A stretch of DNA of 64,000 nt, from contig CM120647.1 in assembly GCA_051362555.1 (NCBI GenBank), forward strand, positions 4,898,001-4,962,000. Direction: 5' to 3'. Below are positions 34,459-47,282 of this stretch, in pieces (the stretch's first letter is position 1; every line of letters begins with the position of its first letter). The position numbers and the translations under genes are program-made. Below the pieces are notes generated by a model. It had not been told where the DNA came from. It saw only the letters and a program-made list of their open reading frames with translations, and did no database searches. The stretch comes from Lingula anatina. Lineage: Eukaryota > Animalia > Brachiopoda.

Positions 34459-35829
34459 CAAGGAGTTATAACAGAAGGAGATTACACGCGTGGGGGCGGA
34501 GCCCGTTTTACGGTCTCTCATTGGTCGGAATGAATAGAACCCAGAGAACAATGGGTACCTATCTCTGTTACGCTCTCGTTTAAATCTCGTTTGTCAGAAT
34601 AGGTGCCTTCGTCTAACGTTTCGAAACGCACTCAAAAGTTTGTTAAAATGAGAGAAGTTCAGAGTGCAGAGGATATAACGTTGGATAAGGTTTTCAAAAA
34701 AACAGGTTAGTGCTCTTAAATGCATAACTACACGAAATATGAAGATAAATTGCAACTTTTATGCCGTAGGGTCTCTCTGTGTAAGTATCCAGCTCCACGT
34801 CGATCTCGCGAGGTGGTGTGTGGAGAATAAATATTGCAAGAAAAATATCTCCCACTCATAACAAGTGCTTATAAATTTAGTATCAGATGCAGAAAGTTTG
34901 GTCTTTATACAGTTGCAATTGTTTAGTAATTTGTGGCAATAGCATAGAATAAAACTTTCGATAGCCGAATAACAAGCAGATGCATAAGCCGCCATCTTGT
35001 TTATGTTTCGAAAAAAAAAAAAAAAAAAAAAAACACTCCAAAAGACATTTTCCTCCTACTTTTTGATACTTGTGTCACATGACAGTCATAAAATTTAACT
35101 AATTGGTGTGTGTGCAATACATTTTCTTGAGCAGTATTGTTGTTTTTTTTCGATTTTATATGTGGTCTAGATTGAATACGAGCCAATTGAAATTTAAAAT
35201 TGAAATACTAAAATTTATGAATGAATAGAACTTATTCTTAATGTTTAGCACTGTGCACTTGTTTACCGACAAATATGAACAGTGTTAGTATGTGTCAAAA
35301 TAACCCTGAAAAAAGGGTGATTTCCAAGATAAAGAAATTTATAACGAGTATTAAAAAAACTGACATGTTAATATTAATATTATGTCCTTTGGCAGTGAGG
35401 ACAGTGAGGACAGACGTTCACTTGAATGTCATTTTCACAAACCACAGTTGGGACGTTTTCTTTTGACATCTCCTTGGTGATTTTTCACTGGGTTATGCAA
35501 AAAAGCCATCTATCAACGACTCAAAAATACTCATGGCGACCATCCTCAGTCACCACCTTATAATCGCTTTCTATGATATCGTTCCCTTCCAGCACATCGT
35601 CCAAATAATTACCTGTGAAAAAAATCGTCAGCATACAGCACCGCTTTGACACTACTGATCTCGAATTTTAACGCGAAATAACGCATATGAAATTAATCTC
35701 CAAGCTGAGGAGAGCGACGCAGATGAAACCTCGAGAAAGGAGGCCCCCCCGTAGCTAGCTCCGCCCACCGTAACAGACATCGGGCAATAGAGAGGCTTGC
35801 GTGTAATATCCTTCTGTTATAACTCCTTG
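34459..35829. mobile_element. Non-autonomous DNA transposon (P-element-like)
   Basis: 31-bp TIRs CAAGGAGTTATAACAGAAGGA(G/T)ATTACACGC; 7-bp TSD AGTTGGG. Confidence 0.8.
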
Positions 35830-35915
35830 AGTTGGGTAAGTGCTGTATTGTGTCAATTCAAAATCATTTCAGCTTATATGTGTGAGATGTGCATACAACA
35901 AACAGAAAGCCTTAC

Positions 35916-36001
35916 CTTCTGACCATTCTGACTCCCTGAAAAAAAAGTCCAATTACATGAACAACCACTAACAGCAACCAAAACACAGGTAGAAGAAACA
36001 T
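35916..36001 (-). pseudogene. Orphan, frame-shifted signal-peptide exon 1 of a divergent array copy
   Basis: MFLLPVFWLLLVVVHVIGLFFQG... ends AG|GTAAGG but in phase 2. A promoter block lies upstream; there is no exon 2 of its own. Confidence 0.65.
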
Positions 36002-36254
36002 TTTACTCAGACTGAACAAGCCAAACTCATTTAGAACGGCTGTCTATGTCTTCCATGCCGTTTCAAATAATTATACGGTTTAAATAGGCTGCAACTCGTG
36101 GACGCAACAAAGGTATGTTGAATCTTTCTTTCTGCACGTGATGGAAGTGAGCAGTTTAAAGGAAAAATATGGCGCAAATAAAAAATGATAAAAGTGTTTG
36201 GCTTATTTCTTCATACACGAAAACGCACCCCTTGGTTTGTGCGATTGCCTTTTG

Positions 36255-36298
<44 letters not shown>

Positions 36299-36546
36299 AT
36301 TCCTTACAAATACATACATTGACGTCAACTCTTGTTTTCATACGAGTACATGGGAACTGATGCTCCTTTTCCTCAGTCCCGATCACAGGTACACCTACTT
36401 TCTTTCTGGTAAATTATAAGTGAAACATATTTAAGAAATGGTGAGTTTGCCTTCCTTCACACAAAGGGGTGCCTTGCCGCACTGAGTGCCATAGAAAAAG
36501 CGCGGTTGTACCATAAACAAACATTGCTAACAAGTACACAGAACGT

Positions 36547-36580
<34 letters not shown>

Positions 36581-37547
36581 GCCGTTCTTTTTTCATGGAT
36601 ATTCATCAAATAAATCGTCTACAAATTATTTTGCTTTACAATAGTGGTACATCTTTTTTTTTTTTTTGTTTTTAAGGGCTAATATCTCCAGAAGGTCCCG
36701 AGATCGTAGCATTCAATTGTATGTATGGTCGAAATTAAGGGGAACAGTCAGTGGAAAAAGCGTTGAGTGCGTCATGATTAAATAAATCTCTTTTTTACAG
36801 GTAGTGACTTATACATCCATTTCTGTTCAAGGCCTGTTTAAAATGAAATAATGCTGTTTCAACACATATTCAATAAAGATTATGAGTGTCTTTATCTTTT
36901 TCAACTGCAATGTTGGTATAGGCTTGAACATAATTTCAACTACAGTACACCCCAGAGAGCTCGTAGCTAGGAGACCAAAATAACCACTTTTTTGCTATAA
37001 AATAGAAAAGAGGTCCATTATGGGGAAATTGATATTGGTACTCGAAAGTTACATTGTAAAACATCTCATAAATGCCTCTTTGAAACTGCTGGCTTCGGGC
37101 CTAACGCGTATAAACAATTGCCAATAGAAAAATGACAATAACATGCAATAATGTCTCAAAAATAGCTCAGTAAGCGATTAGTTACCGGGCATCATAAACA
37201 TTTTGAACAACATGCTATAAGTTCAACGCAGTCATTTAGGCATGTGTAAACGAGTGGTTCTTTATTCCTGCGTGTTTTATCTGCGCAATTCGTTGTCATT
37301 AAAATGTGTGTAAAATTCAAACCAGATTTGTTCATAAGGGCACAAGGTAATATTTAGGGGTGGCCTTCCTACCAGTTTAAAAAGGAAAGTGTCAAATGCA
37401 TGTGCATTGCCAGCTGCCACATAGGGCCAATGAATTAATAAGAATACGCAGTAACAATACCTTAGTCACAGAAAAAACTAGAGCCTCAAACCGAAAGTCA
37501 CGCATGCACTAGTGGCATATATTGTTTTTTATGAGTTTCCCTACATT

Positions 37548-40042
37548 TTATGGGCCGAAAAATGGAGATTTCTTATTTTTATTGAGGAAATAATCAACCT
37601 TTGATTTGGCAAACTCTTCCTTTTCAATGAGGCCATTATGGTTTTCATCAGTAAAACCAAACGATGAATTGATGCCCTGGTGAACGTTTAATACTGCAGG
37701 GTAGTCCCTGTGTTCATCAGTACTAAGCTTCCCATTGTCGTCATAATCTGCTTGTTCAAATAAATTTCTGGCCATAGTATTTATCGATTTTGCCGCAAAA
37801 GCGGGCTTTAAAAGATCGATGCGCATGTGTATCGAAATGAAGTCATCAAGGTCAAAATCACTTTCGTATTCATCCTCTGGAACTGACCAAAAGGTTGACC
37901 AGCCTCTGGAAAGAGTGACTTTGAAATCATTGATTTTGTCTGCCCGAAAATATAATTTGGCTCTTTCAACAGGAACATCAACAAACTCGTGGCGGTTCAC
38001 AATTCCGTCATTGTCAGCATCCAATATGGCGAAAAATCGTTCCATTTTAGCACACCATTCAACTGGCAAGTCCTGAAAGTAATTAGCTAATATTGAAAAC
38101 ATTGGTATGCAAATAACAGATAGTGAAATGTAAAACAACGTCAACGATAGGGACGTATCATAGCGTATTCTTCCAGATATTGATGAATCACAGGGTTTTA
38201 CTTTAACCGTGATAATTTTTTTTAAGTTCCTTACTGATTCTTATTTATTGTCAGTCATTTTTTTTTTTTTTTGCAAGTCTTGAGAGAACTCGAAAGCGGG
38301 ACAAAAGTGTTGACCTGTTCAAATTTTTTTTGAAACTATTTAATATTAATTAAAGTATATATAATTCATCTCGACAGCAACAGTCCAAATTTAAACGCTT
38401 CCTCAACCCAGATGCAAAACAGATGTTTATGTGACTCACGTTATATTAAATGCCTTGATGTGTATATTCAATACTATACCCTTAGTATGCTAACGTTTAG
38501 GAGGTCATCCACATACGTCTCTAAACTTTAAAAATGCTTTAAATTAGAAATGTTAATTATGCACTGACTGTGATACATGGACATCCAAAACAAGAACTGC
38601 AGAAAAAAAAACCTTATGGAAATCATTCTCCAAGGTATGTAGGTAGATATCATTATTTGGCCCCGACATATTTTGAATTAATCAGGCGGTTGAGCAGGTG
38701 CCTTATTTAGTCCGGTGGCTTAAAAAAAATATATATCTGGTGGGTAAATCCTTGGAAATTCTGAGAAAATCCAAGATAACTGCAATTTGACATAGGAATA
38801 CTAATGGGTGGGTTTCAATTGCTGCTAGAGATGCATATGGTTCATTATACAATTACATTACCATGGGTTTGTTTTAAAAAATAATTTGTTTTTCATTCCA
38901 TTTATTAATACCCTTATGATGTATACCTGGTCTGTAGCATGTGTGTATCTTTGGGTATTTGAGAAAATTCGAGATTGCTGCAATTCACAATAGGAATTGT
39001 ACAGTCAACTGCTAGAGAGACATTGGGTTCAATATAAAATGAATTTTGTTTCTCAGTATTTCCCACATTCTTTTTGGACTTTGACATATCTATCTGGTGG
39101 GTAACAAGTGTGCACCCTTAAGAATTTTGACAAAATATCATAATTACCCTCGTTTGCCTTAGAAGTGCCTATAAAATCCAATGCACCAGTTTTCCTATGG
39201 GGAAAAGAAGGCCATCTTGGATTTCCCCAAAATGATGAAATATGGACATTAATTACCTAACAGATATTATCATGGGATTAATATTAATAATGAAAAAAAA
39301 AAAAAAAAAAAACAGAAAAACAACTGAATTTAGCTTCATTTTATATGGATCTCTCGCAGGTATTAACTGAACCCCACCTTCTATGGCTAATGGCAGCCGT
39401 TTTGTTTTGTTTTGTTTTCGAAAAGGATACACATAACATTCTCATCACATATATATTATGTGGATTAAAAAGATGTGGAAAATACTCAGGAACAAACCTA
39501 ATTTATCAATTAATATTATATCTCTATGGCAGAAGAAGCCCTATGTGTATACTAGTATTCCTTTGATATGGTGGCCATCTTGGCTTTTTGTCGAAATGCC
39601 TGAGAATAAAGGTCAGTTACTCACCACAAATATATTATTTGTGTAATAAGGCACCCAGAAACAAAATTAATTAGATAGTGGGCAATGCTTCTTCCTAGTT
39701 GGCATTAGTTGAAAACCCTTGTACATGTTCTAGTATTCCTATGCCATACGGCGGCCATATTGGATTTTTCAGAGTCCAAGGACACTCGTTTGTTTTCTGA
39801 CATATATGCATAATATGGGTAATAAGGATGTGGAAAACATTGAGAAAATACTTTATTTGATAAAAATTAACATACGTGTAGGTATGTACATAATTATACA
39901 GAATTTCACAAATTGGCGGCCATTTGGGATTTTTTGGCAAAATGGTATTTTTTTTTCCGTGGGCTATGGCCCTAATTTGATTTAGTATGTCAAAAGGTAC
40001 CTACATGCAAAATTTAGTGCTTTTATCCGCCGTGTCACGATG

Positions 40043-40075
<33 letters not shown>

Positions 40076-40277
40076 GCCTTAAGCCACTGGACAAATTATG
40101 TCAACTCAATACTCAGGTTCAGCAATATGTGTGAGCCAGGAATAAAACAAACGGAACGGAGGTCTTACCTTCAGACGATTTTGAGCTCTAGAAGAATGGT
40201 TCCCAAGTACATAAGCAACCACCATTAGCAACCAAAACGCACGTGAAAAAAAAAAAAAAAAAAAAAAAAAAAAACAT
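37548..40277 (-). pseudogene. EF-hand copy E: intact exon 2 (38072-37548); exon 1 (40277-40169) shifted by a T29 expansion
   Basis: Exon 1 is 109 nt (not a multiple of 3) because of the A29 run at 40246-40274. An in-frame downstream ATG (MVVAYVLGNHSSRAQNRLK) remains. The run length could be an assembly error. Confidence 0.65.
38708..40094. mobile_element. Non-autonomous TIR element (Academ-like) in the intron of copy E
   Basis: Ends TAGTCCGGTGGCTTAA / TTAAGCCACTGGACAA with 3-bp TSD ATT; absent from paralogous introns. Confidence 0.65.
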
Positions 40278-41299
40278 GTAAGCCCTTAACTGAGCAAGGT
40301 TGTCGCTTTTAGATCAGGGTTCTATGCGTTCTGTGTCGACTTCCATTAGTAAATAGTTTTAAAGGCTGTCATACGTGGAGGGTGCAGAGGTAAAATGTAT
40401 CCAATCAGATTTGTGATCGCGATGGGAGGGAGCAGTTTGAGAAAACGCCAACTCAATGCATCATGATAAATATAATTGGTTGTTTTCTTCATAAATAAAA
40501 ATACACCCTTTCATTGTGGAATCAGTTTATTATTTCCTTTATAATATAATATGCTAACTTTACAAGTTCATATTTTCTAATACAGGTTTTCTCACGCTTA
40601 TTTTCCTCGATCAGTACCAGTCGTGAGTACTTTTTTGCAAATTGCATCAATCTCCTTTGATAAAATGTTTTTTTTTTGTCAATTATCAATAAAATATACA
40701 TTTATGCAATTATTTAAGCACTTATACACACCTACTTAATCTAAACTAATAAATAATGTCACTCCCACATGAAATCTTTCGACTTCATTAAATAAAATTT
40801 CATTCAAATCCGCTCATGTTATTTATTACAGTCATTAAACATTTGATATAAATTTACCGTGTCTTCTTCCACGCCATTTTATATTGAATAAGCCATAATT
40901 ACAGAGACGGCAGTTAACAGACTAGGTGACACGTACAGGCGGGCTTCCCATACACTGATAACAATGTACTAACATTGATAGTACCAGTAAGCATCATGTT
41001 ATACAACTGACAAGCGGGTATTGCAACATCTTGATGCTGGTTTACTCTTGTTAAAATACACATTTAAACACTTTCAGGGACCTATCATTGGATTAAGAAT
41101 CATGATGTCTGTTTACATTCCCGTGCATAATACATTCATGGTCAAAAGGTTCTCCCATTTACTCTTATATTTTTAACGCTAGGTATATATGAGAATGCAC
41201 AGTAGCCATACCTAAGTCATAGAAAAAATTAGAGCCTTCAACCCGAAAGCCATGCATGCACTAGTGGCATATATTGCTATTTATGGGTTTCCCTACATT

Positions 41300-43033
41300 T
41301 TATTGACCGAAAAATGGAGATTTCTTATTTTTGTTGAGGAAATAATCAACGATTGCTTTGGCGAATTCTTCCTTTTCAATGTGGTTATTATGGTTTTCAT
41401 CAGTAAAGATAAACGACGCATTGATGCCATGGTGAACGTTATATACTGCAAGGTAGTCTCTGTGTTCATCAATACTAAGTTTTCCATTGTCGTCATAATC
41501 TGCTATATCAAATAACTTTGCAGCCACAGTTCTTAACGATTTCGCCGCGAAAGCTGACTTTAAAAGATCGATGCGCATGTGTATCGAAATGAAGTCATCC
41601 AGGTCGAATTCATTTTCAAATTGGTTTTCTGGAACTGACCAAAAGGTTGACCAGGCTCTGGAGAAAGTATCGTTGAAATCATTGATTTTGTCTGCCCGAA
41701 AATATACTTTAGCTCTTTCAACTGGAATATCAACGTACTCATGGCGGTTCACAATTCCGTCATTGTCAGCATCCAATATTGCGAAGAAACGCTCCATTTT
41801 AGCAAGCCATTCAACAGGCAGGTTCTGAAAGTTATTGGCTAATATTAACAGTTTTTTTTTTTTTTTTTTTGCAACTAACGAATACTCAAATGTAAAACAA
41901 CAGGAGCGATAACGATACATAACGTATTCTTCCAGAAACCGTTCAAGGAACATGTTTCATACCCCTTTTCAACAACGGCTACGAATTCTCACCCTGAGCT
42001 TCAGAGCTAACTTGACACTAACCTTTTCACTGTAGCCTATCTCCATCGTGTCAAGTAACCTCTGACGAAAATAGTTTGACCTATTTTATATAAGCCAATC
42101 GAATCCATGTTTCAAAATTTTTCACCAAAGTTTGGTGAAAACGCTGATTGGTTGATCGTCAATCGGCAATCCTCGGCTGATTCCGCAAGCTCCATACTAA
42201 CAACATAGTTATTGTCGAGTGCGGAGACATCCGAGTAGTTCCGAGTGGTTCCGAGTGCATAACCGTACACAAAGAAAGCATGGAGTATATCGGAATTGAA
42301 ACCAGAGCAGTATGATGCCCTGCATCATTATCTACTGAGGGATGATGTTACGGCAAGTCCCTGATATTCAGCCTTATCTTTGATTGGTCCGGATTTGAAC
42401 AAAGCGCGCTTTGACTCGTTCGCGTTCATTGGCTAGATCGTTCAATGAGTCATTGAGTGCGGGCTTTAAATTTGATTGGCGGGCGGCGGGGGCACTCGAA
42501 TCTGGTCAGAGGTTACTTGACACGATGGAGATAGGCTACAGCGAAAAGGTTAGTGTCAAGTTAGCTCTGAAGCTCAGGGTGCGAATTCTACGCACAGCCA
42601 GATATTGATAAATCGTAGGGTTTTTACTTTAACCTTGAGAATTATTTTACGTTTCTTACTGAGTATTGTCAGTCAATTTTTGCCTATCTTGAGAGAACGT
42701 GAAATCGGGACAAACTACATAATGCACTGACTGTGATGCATGTACATTAAAAAAAAAGGAACAACGGAATAAACCTTACAGATCTCATTCTCCATAGTAT
42801 GTAGGTGGTTATCAATATTTGGCCCCGACATATTTAGAATGCACCAGTCAGTTGGGTGGATGCTTTATTGCGTCAACTCAATACTCAGGTTCAATATTTG
42901 TGAGCAAGGCATAAAACAAACGGAACGTGAGCCTTACCTTCAGGCGACTCTGAGTTCCAGAAGAGTGACTCCCAAGTATATTAACAACCGCCAGCATCAA
43001 GCAAAACAAACGTGGGGAAAACATTTTAGTCAT
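41300..43033 (-). CDS. Secreted SCP-like EF-hand protein copy F, 206 aa (exon 1 43033-42938, exon 2 41824-41300)
   Basis: MTKMFSPRLFCLMLAVVNILGSHSSGTQSRLK | NLPVEWLAKMERFF...FFGQ. The promoter is cut at about 43130, removing the CCAAT part. Confidence 0.85.
41990..42581. mobile_element. MITE with about 77-bp TIRs and 8-bp TSD (P/hAT-type)
   Basis: CGAATTCT|CACCCTGAGCTTCAGAG ... CTCTGAAGCTCAGGGTG|CGAATTCT. Confidence 0.85.
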
Positions 43034-44168
43034 ATACTGAGCAAGATTGTCGCCTTTAGATAAACGTTCTATGCGTTCTGTACCGCCTCGAATAAGTGAA
43101 TGATTTAAAAAGACTGTTACTCGTGGAAGGTTTGCTTCTTGTCTCGTCTGCACGAGATAACGTCAACGCAAGGAGGGAAAGGCAGCTCCAGGCGGCCAAA
43201 CCTGTGACGTACGAGACTTATGACTTTTAAATATGGATCCAGGCGGACACAGCTGTGACGTGTGACTTCCAAATATGGAAGTGACCCAAGCAAAATTTTG
43301 AAGAAAAACTCCCTCAGATTGTCGGTGTGCGTCAGATTATGGTAAAAGTGACTCCATCACAAGGTTTATTTAACAAGCTAGCTTTTACGTTGCTCTGACA
43401 CTCAGGGTAGTGCTTGCATGCGGTATAAAGACATACAGGTAAGTATATTTTTCAGTCGAAAGAGAGGGACGTATTTTGTTTGGTGTGTACAGGTGTAGCG
43501 GAGAGAGAGAGAGAGATAGAGAGAGAGAGTAAAACGTTTCGATGTGTATCAATGAAATAAATCAACGCACATATATTCAGGTGATGCCGGTGTGAACGGA
43601 ATGCAGGTCCGCCCGGAACCGAGGTCCTACGGACCTCGGTTCCTAGGAACGGTGGTCCGTAGGACCACCGTTCCTGAGGAATAGTAGTCCTAATGGGACC
43701 TGCATTCCTGATATAATAAAGGGTAGGACTTCTATTCCTGGCGGACCTGCATTACGTTTACATTAGTCAACGGAATGAAGGTCCGCCCTATAACTATGTC
43801 CGACCATTTAAGCTAGTGGATAATGACTATTGGCAGTAATAGTATGCTTCAGTGAGCACATATAAGTACCCCGTAAAATCGACGGTTTGCCAGTTCGTCT
43901 CCCTGGTGTAGTGGTAAGGCTGTGCAGTGAAATGGATGTTATACAGAGTAATTGTGTAAGTGGATGGAGGTTCGAATTTCGTTTACAGAAATAAAATTAT
44001 ATTTACTTTTCGTGTGAATTTTTTTTTATTTTGTTTTATCCTGGTCGTCATTTTTGCCACGTAGCAAATTTTTGATTGGTTACAGACATAACCAGATGTC
44101 ACACGCTACCTTGTTATACTATAAATACCGCTCATATATGAATGCCACACCCTCACTAGACGTTTGAT

Positions 44169-47100
44169 ATGGAAGTGCCAAGCAGCACCCGGACCAGGCC
44201 CGAAGTTGAAGTTATTTTCCAATATCTTCAGGAGGGCACGTATCCTATCGAGACAACACCAACACAGAAAAGAGTGATTCGGAGAACAAGCAAGTCTAAT
44301 TATAAAGTAAACTTTCAATTTTCATGATGTTTAATATGCAATATTATTAGAGGTCACACTACGTTATACGCAGATATATAATTCCAGGGATGTGTGTACA
44401 ATGGGCCTATGTACCTTGAATAAATGTCCTGCAGGGGATTACTATTTAATGGGTATTTATGCCCGGGGGACTACCATTTCTGGGATTTTAGGTCCGGGGA
44501 CTACCATTTCTGGGATTTTAGGTCCTGGGACCACCATTTCTAGGATTTTAGGTCCGGGGACTACCATTTCTAGGATTTTAGGTCCGTGGACTACCATTTC
44601 TAGGATTTTAGGTCCGGGGACTACCATTTCTGGGATTTTAGGTCCGGGGACTACCATTTCTAGGATTTTAGGTACGGGGACAGCTGCTTACGATTCCTTT
44701 TCTCAGTTTTAAACTCTAACAAAATAACAGTAATATAGGTCAATAAGTCCTTTAACATCATGAGTTCACATATATGCATATTGTAATGCTTATTTCAGAT
44801 TGAACATGGCAAGCTCTATTACAGAGTTAGCAAGAGGAAAGTGAGGGACGTAGCAGATGAAGGGCAGAATGATAATGATGATAATGATGTTGGTGGAGTA
44901 TGGCGAAAAGTTGTAAGAAACAGAGAAGAAGTGAAAAAAATTTTGGATACACTGCATACATCACCGCTTGGTAAGTATGTATTAAAAGAATTCCGTATTC
45001 ACAATACCGCGTATACGTTGTTTTATTAATTGTGTGACGTAATTCCAGACATTGACAAACGTAAAGTGTCTATAAAATGCAATTTATTAATTTGCTTGTT
45101 TTTAAATTTAAGGTGGTCACCTAGGACGAGATAAAACCCTGGCAAAGGTTGAACAGAGATATTATTGGCCAAACATGGTAGACGACATCAGAAAATTCAT
45201 TTCAAAATGTGACAAATGTCAGCGTGTCAACAAAAATAACAACAACGGCTCTCCACCGCTTAACCCTATTCCAGTGAACAAGCCTGAGGCGTGGAGGATG
45301 GTAATCAAGACAATTTTTCTCTTAATCGTGGTGTTTAATTGAAAAAAAAAAAATAGATATTGAAAATCGTTTTTCGTTGTTATCGTCATATTGTTTTAAC
45401 AGAACACATTACGACTAGTGGAAATTTCTTTATTTTTCAGTTATTTATGTAGTTAAACATCTACGAATTTAATGTAAAATCAGAAATAACGTATTTTTAT
45501 TAATTTTTGGTAGATTGGGATAGATCTAATTGGGCCAATGCAACAAACAGAAAGGGGCAATCAGTACGTATGCACTGTTGTGTGCTATTACACAAAGATG
45601 GCCCATGCACGTGCCTTGCCCTCCAAGGAAGCGACAGGGGTAGCCAGCTTTCTTTTGGACCTTTTTTTTACGTAAGTGTTGAATATTATAGGTGCAGTAA
45701 TGAATATGTATCGACAACGATTGCTTTCAAAATTACATGTTAAGATAACTTTTTTAATTTACTTTTTTAAATAGGGTGGATTATACCCCTTCGATAACAG
45801 TAAAAAGTAACATTTCCGATGAACATCATGACGACGAAGTTGGTAACTAAAATAACCATGGTATTACTGAATGTTTTCCAGTTTCGGATTCCCAAAGGAA
45901 ATGCTAACAGACCAGGGGAGAGAATTCAACAACAACCTGTTGCACTGTATTACCACGTCACTTCAAATAAAACATAAAAGAACCACAGCTTACCATCCCC
46001 AATGCAATGGTCTCACGGGTGTGTTTGATTGGAATTATTTAAAATGTCTCTGTGATCGTGCATACTGTCCTTAATCTTAGCCCACGTTTTAGTTAAAGAA
46101 TATATTAGCCATTTAATGTAATGCATTATATATTATTAAACTTTTGCAAGTTAATATACTTGGTGAGATAAGCACACATTTTTATTATATTTATATTGTA
46201 TATAGATTTTAAGATGCAGGCCTATATAATATTCCAGAACGCTTCAACCAGACCCTGAAGGATATGCTTTTAAAGTATCAAGACGATCATGAGTGGGATG
46301 ACGTTTTGGGGGATGTAGTATTTGCTTATAATACATCAGTCCAAGCATCTACTGGGTTTTCACCCTTTTATCTCATGTTTGGGAGGTATGAAGGAATATG
46401 TAAATTATTCAATTATTGTTCAATTATTTCATGTTTTATTAAATAAATAAAATTGGGTTTTACCCACACCAGAAATGATGTAATTAATAATGAAAAATGT
46501 CGTCTTTTTATTCTAATTATGCTAATTTGGTTGGATACAACATACGAAATAAAAAGCATTATTAACTGTTTGTAAATTTAAATTAATATTTTCTTTAGAG
46601 AACCTGTACTCCCTCTTGATGTGTGCAACAGCGACGAAGGAGAAGACCAGTCTGACGAGAATACAGCAGGCCCAAGTGGCCTACAACTGCCTAGTGCATC
46701 TCAGTATGAAAAGGAAGTTGAAACGAGGGTTGAAACAATGAAAAAAAAAGTTGGAGAGGTAGCGTTACGAAATATAAAAAGAGCGCAGCAAGAGCAGAAA
46801 AAAAGATTTGACGCTCGCCATTCAACTGATGAGGTATAAGCTTTTGGTGAATTACCCCATGAATCAAATTGATGCATATTTTACTTATAAAGCATTGATT
46901 TAATATAGTGTGACCGTACTATGTACACTGTTTGCCTGGATTATACCATTTACTGGTGGTGCGCCTTGTACATTTGTATACTTCGTAGTCAATTACCATT
47001 TATATTAAAATTGAATGCAGGTGAACTGTGATTAACGATGCAAAAACACTTATGGTATCTAAATTAATTTTACAGGTACTTACCGTGGGAACAAAAGTGT

Positions 47101-47282
47101 TGAAAAGAAATTTACGAAGGAGTGACAGAAAGGGGGGCAAACAAGAAAACCCCTGGCTGGGGCCCTACGTTGTGAAGGGGATATCCAAATCTGGATCTTA
47201 CATCCTCCAGATTGAGGGCGGGTGCACACTGAAAGGCGCCGTAAACAGGGCAAATTTGAAAGTTTATGTTGCAGATGAATAG
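44169..47282 (+). CDS. Ginger1 integrase/transposase, 460 aa, 8 exons (44169-44306, 44799-44970, 45113-45300, 45514-45671, 45882-46018, 46238-46385, 46599-46833, 47076-47282)
   Basis: All introns are GT-AG and phase-compatible. Contains the YPYY motif (TYP...KRVIRR...GKLYY), H2C2 zinc finger (LH..GGHLG..CDKC), D-D-E (IGID, TDQG, LTER) and GPY motif. Confidence 0.9.
44461..44680. repeat. 30-bp minisatellite (about 7 copies) in Ginger intron 1; mirrored at 50870-51089
   Basis: GGTCCGGGGACTACCATTTCT(A/G)GGATTTTA repeated. Confidence 0.95.

Noticed and set aside
44392-44712. GPGTTISGIL repeat protein, or a CRISPR-like array
   Set aside because: It is a spacer-less 30-bp minisatellite inside Ginger intron 1; it is open on both strands only because the unit is a multiple of 3.
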